From NCBI GenBank assembly GCA_964580805.1, contig CAZOMS010000001.1, forward strand, positions 1-48,342: DNA of 48,342 bases, in the 5' to 3' direction. This stretch comes from an uncultured Syntrophomonas sp. (GTDB lineage Bacteria > Bacillota > Syntrophomonadia > Syntrophomonadales > Syntrophomonadaceae). Positions 42,845-48,342 of this stretch are shown piece by piece. The position numbers and the translations under genes were made by a program. The notes beneath the pieces are model-generated. The model ran no database searches. It was not told where the DNA came from and saw nothing but the letters and a program-made list of their open reading frames with translations. Position 1 is the stretch's first letter. Each line of letters starts with the position of its first letter.

Positions 42845-44050
42845 ATGAATTACATCACCCAACATAAGAAACAAGTCACCTATATGACTGTCGGGCTGCT
42901 GGTGGTATTGCTCTTGTGGTTGGCTTTCAAGCCCGCCGCGGTACCTGCTTATAGGATCGTAGCAGGGGATTACGTGCCTTCGTTATTGGTCAGCGGTGAG
43001 GTTATAGCCGAACGCAGTACCCTTCTCTCAGCTCAAAGCCCGGGCCGGGTGCTGGACTGCCCGGTCAGGAAAGGCGACAAGATCACCCAGGGTCAGCTAC
43101 TGGTGCAGATCGATGCTACCCAATTGATTTTGGACCGGGATCGAGCTGCCGCTGCCGTGAACATGGCCAGTTCCCAGCTGCAAAAAGCATCCAGTGTAAC
43201 CCTGGAAGATGCCCGGGCCAACAGCATTCAGGCCGATCTGGCCCGGGACAAGGCTGAAGTCGAATTCAATCGCCAGAAGGCTCTCTTCGATGCCGGCGCT
43301 ATCAGTATGGCCCAATTGGAGGAAGCGGAGCGCAACCACATCATCAGCCAGGAAAAAGCCCGCTCGGCTCGGACCTTGATGGAATCACTGCAAGAGGGCG
43401 GTTCCAACCGGGCGGTCCTGCAAGCCGAGTTGAAGCAACGCCAACTGGACCTGGCTGAAAAGGAGATGCTGCTGTCCCAATCCCGCATCCTGGCCCCGGC
43501 CGATGGAGAACTGTTGGACCTGTATGTCAGTCCGGGAGAGCTAACCGCGGTTGGCGCCCAGGTGGCCCTGGTGGCCAGCGGCGCCGGACTAAAGGTGAAG
43601 ATAGAACCGGACCAGCGTTATGCCGGCTTGGCTGCAACCGGCAACCGGGCTCAGGTCTGGCTTACCAATGCGGCCGATACCAAATGGGAGGCCCTGGTCG
43701 CATATACGGAGCCATTGGCCAATGCCGAACAGGGATCCTTTGCGGCAGAACTGGAGTTTACCGGGGCGATCCCCCCTCTCTACCCGGGGCAGTTGGTCTC
43801 GGTGCAGCTTTTCGGGGCAGTGCAGCCCAACGCCATAATTATCCCGGAGACATATGTGGCTGTACAGGAAGGCCACAGTGGGGTGTGGCTCATCAGGGAT
43901 AACCGGGCGCGCTTTACCCCGGTGCAGTTGGGTACCAGTACTGTGGACGGAGTGGTGGTCGCCGGGGGATTGCAGGCAGGCGACGTGATAGGATCTCCGG
44001 AGGGGCGTCGAGAAGACCAGCGGGTGGCCCCCCATGAGGAAAATACTTAA
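42845..44050 (+). CDS. Efflux periplasmic adaptor (HlyD/MacA/YknX-like)
   Basis: This is a 401-aa ORF with an N-terminal TM, a lipoyl/coiled-coil hairpin (QLILDRDRAAAAV...EEAERNH) and a beta-barrel C-terminus. Confidence 0.8.
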   Translation: MNYITQHKKQVTYMTVGLLVVLLLWLAFKPAAVPAYRIVAGDYVPSLLVSGEVIAERSTLLSAQSPGRVLDCPVRKGDKITQGQLLVQIDATQLILDRDRAAAAVNMASSQLQKASSVTLEDARANSIQADLARDKAEVEFNRQKALFDAGAISMAQLEEAERNHIISQEKARSARTLMESLQEGGSNRAVLQAELKQRQLDLAEKEMLLSQSRILAPADGELLDLYVSPGELTAVGAQVALVASGAGLKVKIEPDQRYAGLAATGNRAQVWLTNAADTKWEALVAYTEPLANAEQGSFAAELEFTGAIPPLYPGQLVSVQLFGAVQPNAIIIPETYVAVQEGHSGVWLIRDNRARFTPVQLGTSTVDGVVVAGGLQAGDVIGSPEGRREDQRVAPHEENT

Positions 44051-44051
44051 A

Positions 44052-45269
44052 ATGAAAGGGCATATGCTTTTCGAATTAAGCCTGGCCCGGCGGTTTCTCG
44101 GAGAGAACCGGGGACAGACCCTGCTTATTATAATTGGGATAGGCATTGGGGTAGCGGTGATGGTTTTTCTGAGTGCCCTCATTGACGGGCTGCAGGCCAA
44201 CCTGATCCAGAAGACCGTGGGAAGGTCACCCCATATCGTCATTAGCAATGCAGAGTATGCGGCCGCCGATGCAGCCACCGACAGGGACGGCAGCCAAGTC
44301 TTGCTCATGGATGCTACCCAGAAAACCTTACGGCCTATCGTCGATTGGCGCAGCGTGACGACCGCCATGGCCGCTGATAAGCGGATAAAAACGGTGTTGC
44401 CGGTGGTGGATGGGTCGGGTCTTATCCGGCGCGGGAAGGTCAGCCGGGCCATTTTGCTGCGAGGTTTCGACCTTCAGCAAGCTAACCGGATGTATTACTT
44501 AAACGATTCCATTATCGCCGGGAATCGCAATGCTCAGGATGGATCGGTATTGATCGGCAAAAGCCTGGCCGAGGATCTGAGGATTACCGCGGGAGATCCG
44601 ATTCAGCTGGAACTGCCCGGCCGAGAGCCTCTGGTGGTGATGGTGGATGGAGTGTTTGACTTGGGGGTAGCGGCCATCAACCAGCGCTGGCTGGTGATGG
44701 ATCAGCACCGGGCGGCCGCGTTGTTGGGTACCGGGGATCGGGTCAGCACCATAGAGATCCAGGTCAATGACGTGTTGGGGGCCGAATCGGTGGCCTGCGA
44801 ATGGGGTGTCCGTTGGCCCCATTACCAGGTGGAGAGCTGGCAGGAGAGCAATGCCTCCCTGCTCTCCGCTCTGCAGAGTCAAAGCAGTTCCAGTTATACT
44901 ATTCAGGTTTTTGTGCTCCTGGCGGTCATCCTGGGGGTGGCTTCGGTGCTTGCCATCAGTGCAGTGCAGAAATCCAAGGAAATCGGTATATTGAAGGCAA
45001 TTGGAATACGTACCGTGAGCGTCTCCCGGGTTTTTATGTTCCAGGGACTAGTGCTGGGGGTCTTCGGCACGCTCCTTGGTTTCGGTCTGGGTCTGGCCAT
45101 GAGCCAGGCATTTGTGGTATTTGCCAAACAAGAGTATCAACTCCTGCTAAAACCGGTGACCACGGCGGTGATCGTGATCGCCACCATTTTGGCCGCGACT
45201 CTGTCAGCATATCTGCCCGCTCGCAAGGTGTCCCGCATTAATCCCATCGAGGTGATCCGCAATGGCTGA
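44052..45269 (+). CDS. ABC transporter permease, FtsX/MacB type
   Basis: The ORF is 44034..45269, with ATG 44052 just after the adaptor stop. It has the N-terminal LSLARRFL, a large extracytoplasmic loop and the C-terminal FtsX segment ILKAIGIR...INPIEVIR. Confidence 0.85.
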   Translation: MKGHMLFELSLARRFLGENRGQTLLIIIGIGIGVAVMVFLSALIDGLQANLIQKTVGRSPHIVISNAEYAAADAATDRDGSQVLLMDATQKTLRPIVDWRSVTTAMAADKRIKTVLPVVDGSGLIRRGKVSRAILLRGFDLQQANRMYYLNDSIIAGNRNAQDGSVLIGKSLAEDLRITAGDPIQLELPGREPLVVMVDGVFDLGVAAINQRWLVMDQHRAAALLGTGDRVSTIEIQVNDVLGAESVACEWGVRWPHYQVESWQESNASLLSALQSQSSSSYTIQVFVLLAVILGVASVLAISAVQKSKEIGILKAIGIRTVSVSRVFMFQGLVLGVFGTLLGFGLGLAMSQAFVVFAKQEYQLLLKPVTTAVIVIATILAATLSAYLPARKVSRINPIEVIRNG

Positions 45270-45972
45270 CCCATTAATAAAGATCACTGATCTGGTTAAA
45301 GACTATGGTGAAGGAATGCTCCGTACCAGGGTTTTGAAGGGCATCAACCTGGAGTTTAAATGCGGGGAGTTTACCTCACTTATTGGCCAGTCCGGCTCCG
45401 GCAAGAGCACCCTGCTCAATATACTCGGGGCCTTGGACCGGCCCACCGGGGGAGCGGTGGTGATAGACGGAACTGACCTGAACCAGCTGGATGATGATGA
45501 ACTGGCTTATTTTCGTAACCGTACCCTGGGCTTCGTATTCCAGTTCCATTTCCTGCTCCCCCAGTTCACAGTGTTGGAGAATGTCCTCATCCCCTATATG
45601 ATCTATGCCGGACATGCCAACCCGGCTGTGGAAAAGCGGGCCATGGAATTGCTGGACCGGGTAGGGCTTGGTCACCGCCACGACAGCCGTGCCAACGCCA
45701 TATCCGGGGGCGAGCAGCAGCGGGTGGCTATCGCCCGGGCCCTGATCAACCAACCCAGGATAATCCTGGCCGATGAACCGACCGGCAACCTGGACACCGC
45801 CAATACCGAGAGTGTCTTCACCTTGTTGCGGGATATGAACGGCCAGTACTGTACCAGCATGATCATGGTGACCCATAACCGCGAACTGGCTGGGCGCAGC
45901 GACCGGCTGGTGGAGATAAGCGATGGAATGATCATAAGGGATGAATGGGTAGCAAATCCGGTCCGAAAATAA
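45262..45972 (+). CDS. ABC ATP-binding protein, MacB/LolD type
   Basis: This is a 236-aa ORF that overlaps the permease stop. Motifs are [26 protein letters not shown] and ILADEPTGNLD. Confidence 0.9.
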   Translation: MADPLIKITDLVKDYGEGMLRTRVLKGINLEFKCGEFTSLIGQSGSGKSTLLNILGALDRPTGGAVVIDGTDLNQLDDDELAYFRNRTLGFVFQFHFLLPQFTVLENVLIPYMIYAGHANPAVEKRAMELLDRVGLGHRHDSRANAISGGEQQRVAIARALINQPRIILADEPTGNLDTANTESVFTLLRDMNGQYCTSMIMVTHNRELAGRSDRLVEISDGMIIRDEWVANPVRK

Positions 45973-46061
45973 GGTTCTTCCGGTGAAACCCTGATTTACA
46001 CCATTTTTTAAGTCAACTGATATAATCTGATTAGACATTTTATTGAGAAGGGGGGGTCTTC

Positions 46062-46250
46062 ATGACACTCAAAGAGGCCCTGCAGATGTCGATAGAGGCC
46101 GAGAAAAATGCTATGGATCGCTATAACAACCTGGCCAAGGAAGTCGAGGATCCGGAGACGAGATTGTTACTGGAACAGATAGCCCGCGAAGAGGCCGGTC
46201 ACCTTAAGAAACTTAAGGAAAGACTTAAAGCCGTCTCCCTATTGGATTAA
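46062..46250 (+). CDS. Small rubrerythrin/ferritin-like two-helix protein
   Basis: This is a 62-aa ORF with a GGGGGG RBS and an extended -10 (TGATATAAT) upstream. It has EAEKNA and REEAGH (ExxH) half-site motifs. Confidence 0.6.
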   Translation: MTLKEALQMSIEAEKNAMDRYNNLAKEVEDPETRLLLEQIAREEAGHLKKLKERLKAVSLLD

Positions 46251-47675
46251 TCAGTGAGCGGGTACGGTGGCATGCACCTCCGGGGTCAGGTTGGCCGACC
46301 AGGTACCCAGGAATATGGTTATTAGGATGGCGGTCAGGATGAGGCCGAAAATGATCAGGTTGCGCCGCACGTGGGTCTCACCCTGAAGGTATTCGGATAG
46401 GAAATGGGTTACTACCACGGTGGTACCGGAGAACAGGAAAACGAAGATCAGTTTGACCCACCCAGGGATCACCGCCGCTGCCACCGGCGCCACGTTGGTC
46501 CAGATGGAAAGGCTGTAGTAGGCCAGGACTATGAATTCGATCAGTCCGGCCGCAAACTGGTAGACCATGCTCTTCTTCTGCATTTCGAGATTTACATTCA
46601 ACAACTCCCGGATCTGGTCCTGGGTCTCTAAATTGGTGCGGCTGTTCATGACCTGTATCCGGCCCTGCACAACTGCAATGGCCTCGTGGTAGTTTTTCTC
46701 CACCAGATTCAATTCGTCCCGCAGTTCCTCCAGATCTTCCCGGCGTTTATAGTAAGCCGACAACATTTCCCTGACCTGTTCTGGTTCCAATTGCAGGGCC
46801 GGCTCGTTCAGGAATCGCCTCTGCACGCCCTCCAGCATGGTATCCATGCGCCGGATCCCATCGCTGACCAGCGTCTCGTCAGCCACTAGTTTGGCGAAGG
46901 CGGTGGCCAATTCCTTGATGTTGCTCTCCAACGCCTGGTTGACATCGACGGAAGGTTGGTTCATAACCAGTTGGGTATGGAGTATGCGGATCAAATCCTT
47001 GCCTAAAGTATCCTTTTCCAGACAGATGGTGTTGTCGCGGTCCCACAGCAGTCCATTGAGTTCGCTGAGATAGATCATCCGGGCGTGTAGGTTGGGTAAG
47101 CGGTGAACCAGCAGAGGAGCCGCAGGCCGATCTTCTCCAGCGCGATAAACATAAACCGCCTCGGTGTCTTTGCGGTTGATAGGCAACTTGAACAAGGGAG
47201 CGTCACCGGACGGAATTTCGACCTCCCGGCAGGGCAGCAGCGGCAGTGCCCTCTGCAACAATAGTTCGGCATCGCCATCGCCGGTCGCCAACAGGGTAAG
47301 CGTCCCCAGTAGGTCTTCAGAGCACATGCCGGACTGCTTTTCCAGATCCTGCAGATGGCTTAGAGACCTGGCCCAGTCTCCCGGGGCATCCGGGGTCTTG
47401 ACCGCCAGGATGGCCATTTTCCCAGAGTTATCAGTCAGGCTGCCTAAGAAACCGCCGGGGTTGGAGAAATCCGGGGAAGCCTCAGCGGGTATCGCCATAA
47501 ACGAATGCTGAGTCAGGGCGGTTGCCAGAGCTTTATTGGGGTCGGTATCTTCTTTCAGGCAATAATAATATCGCACCACAAATGCAGCCAAAACCTTCAA
47601 CTCCATCGTTGCCGAAATAATCTCTAATAGAAATGATAATTTGGTTGGGACGATTTGGCAATCGTAAAAAATCAT
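46251..47675 (-). CDS. Uncharacterised protein: soluble N-domain + long coiled coil + 3 C-terminal TM helices
   Basis: This is a 474-aa ORF; the start is uncertain (ATG 47675 or ATG 47606). It has a charged heptad-like stretch (EPEQVREMLSAYYKRREDLEELRDELNLVEKNYHEAIAVVQGRIQ...). The hydrophobic helices are AAGLIEFIVLAYYSLSIW, WVKLIFVFLFSGTTVVVTHF and LIIFGLILTAILITIFLGTW. I recognise no family. Confidence 0.6.
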   Translation of the reverse strand: MIFYDCQIVPTKLSFLLEIISATMELKVLAAFVVRYYYCLKEDTDPNKALATALTQHSFMAIPAEASPDFSNPGGFLGSLTDNSGKMAILAVKTPDAPGDWARSLSHLQDLEKQSGMCSEDLLGTLTLLATGDGDAELLLQRALPLLPCREVEIPSGDAPLFKLPINRKDTEAVYVYRAGEDRPAAPLLVHRLPNLHARMIYLSELNGLLWDRDNTICLEKDTLGKDLIRILHTQLVMNQPSVDVNQALESNIKELATAFAKLVADETLVSDGIRRMDTMLEGVQRRFLNEPALQLEPEQVREMLSAYYKRREDLEELRDELNLVEKNYHEAIAVVQGRIQVMNSRTNLETQDQIRELLNVNLEMQKKSMVYQFAAGLIEFIVLAYYSLSIWTNVAPVAAAVIPGWVKLIFVFLFSGTTVVVTHFLSEYLQGETHVRRNLIIFGLILTAILITIFLGTWSANLTPEVHATVPAH

Positions 47676-47795
47676 GGGCTGAATTACCCTTTTTTCTTGA
47701 CGTTACTGCCGCAATAAATGAAAATGAAACTTGGTCGAAGAAAGTCGTCGGGGCAACCTCCGGCGTTTCCGATGCTATTAGTCGGAGGGTTGGGT

Positions 47796-48342
47796 GTGAA
47801 GAAAAAGGTTATCGAAGGCAGGAACCTGGCCAAGGAATTTTCCGGGCAGCGAGTGGTCGACAATTTCAACTTTTGTGTCATGTCCGAGGATTTCCTCACC
47901 ATACTGGGCCCCAGTGGCAGCGGGAAGACTACTGTCTTGCGCATGATCGGCGGTTTTGAAATGCCTACCGAGGGCGACATCCTCTTTGAAGACCGGGTAA
48001 TCACCTCGGTCCCACCCTATCAAAGGCCGATCAACACGGTATTCCAGAAGTATGCGCTGTTTCCCCACATGGATGTTTATGAGAACATAGCTTTCGGCCT
48101 GCGGCTCAAGAAGATGGAGGAGCCGGAGATAGTAAAAAGGGTGGGGCGGATGTTGGAGTTGGTCAATCTGCGGGGCTTCGAAAGGCGGGCCATCGATTCC
48201 CTCAGCGGCGGGCAGCAGCAGCGGGTAGCTATCGCCCGGGCCCTGGTCAACGAACCCAAGGTCTTGTTGCTGGACGAGCCTTTAGGCGCCCTCGACCTCA
48301 AATTGAGAAAAGAGATGCAGGTGGAGCTCAAATACATGCAGC
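47796..48342 (+). CDS. potA: Spermidine/putrescine-type ABC ATP-binding protein (PotA-like), 3' end cut by window edge
   Basis: GTG 47796 follows GGAGGG, and the frame is open to the window edge. Motifs are [24 protein letters not shown] and [11 protein letters not shown]. Confidence 0.8.
   Translation, partial: MKKKVIEGRNLAKEFSGQRVVDNFNFCVMSEDFLTILGPSGSGKTTVLRMIGGFEMPTEGDILFEDRVITSVPPYQRPINTVFQKYALFPHMDVYENIAFGLRLKKMEEPEIVKRVGRMLELVNLRGFERRAIDSLSGGQQQRVAIARALVNEPKVLLLDEPLGALDLKLRKEMQVELKYMQ

Noticed and set aside
43589-44452. 287-aa minus-strand ORF
   Set aside because: It is antisense to the junction of the HlyD adaptor and FtsX permease genes. It is a shadow ORF. The same reasoning applies to 45376..46038, 25125..25853, 26345..27169, 35543..36112 and 16491..17009.
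1-48342. Scan for CRISPR arrays, tRNA/rRNA genes, transposases, integrases and phage genes
   Set aside because: I saw no regularly spaced repeats, no tRNA T-arm/acceptor patterns, and no DDE, tyrosine or serine recombinase motifs on either strand.

Overview
This 48.3 kb chromosomal window is from what looks like a spore-forming Firmicute of the Clostridia class, possibly Peptococcaceae or Desulfotomaculum-like. The organism guess rests on gene content only: CotF-type coat proteins, a copper-amine-oxidase-stalk/GH18 spore hydrolase, GGAGG ribosome-binding sites and Ku/LigD. I support about 50 protein genes, and I found no rRNA, tRNA, CRISPR array, transposase or integrase.

Left to right, the window contains:
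- A visibly AT-rich, decayed accessory patch (about 2.0-9.2 kb). It holds a frameshifted Phd/YefM antitoxin, a stand-alone C39-like peptidase, an orphan BlaR1 sensor-protease, an intact Phd-ParE pair, a GNAT and a DUF4870 protein.
- A transport and metal-handling locus (9.6-19.2 kb). It opens with an unusual triad: a G3E GTPase, an ABC ATPase with no membrane partner, and a signal-less SBP-fold protein. A NitT/TauT-type importer, a SAM methyltransferase, a THEP1-like NTPase and a BtuFCD/Fec-type importer follow.
- An alkA-ogt alkylation-repair module bracketed by two near-identical terminator hairpins.
- Molybdenum cofactor genes (moaE-like, moeA, a short xdhC, mop).
- CotF-like coat genes, then gdh followed by a 1068-aa GAF-like/PPDK_N ATP-grasp/nucleotidyltransferase fusion.
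- ddh, a nitroreductase, DegV and an EncFtn-like half-ferritin.
- A DNA-end-repair island: a PD-(D/E)XK nuclease-XPD/DinG helicase fusion, an AT-richer hicAB insertion, ku, a three-domain ligD and a compact HDAC-family deacetylase.
- A clear c-di-GMP-I (GEMM-I) riboswitch plus terminator in front of a VanW-domain gene.
- A MacAB/YknXYZ-like efflux operon, a 62-aa half-ferritin, an uncharacterised coiled-coil membrane protein and the 5' end of potA.

The most interesting candidates for undescribed biology are the GTPase/ABC/SBP-fold triad (9639-12291), the sensor/ATP-grasp/NTase fusion (26447-29653), the riboswitch-VanW unit, and the coiled-coil membrane protein at 46251-47675. All family assignments come from motif recognition by eye, with no searches run.
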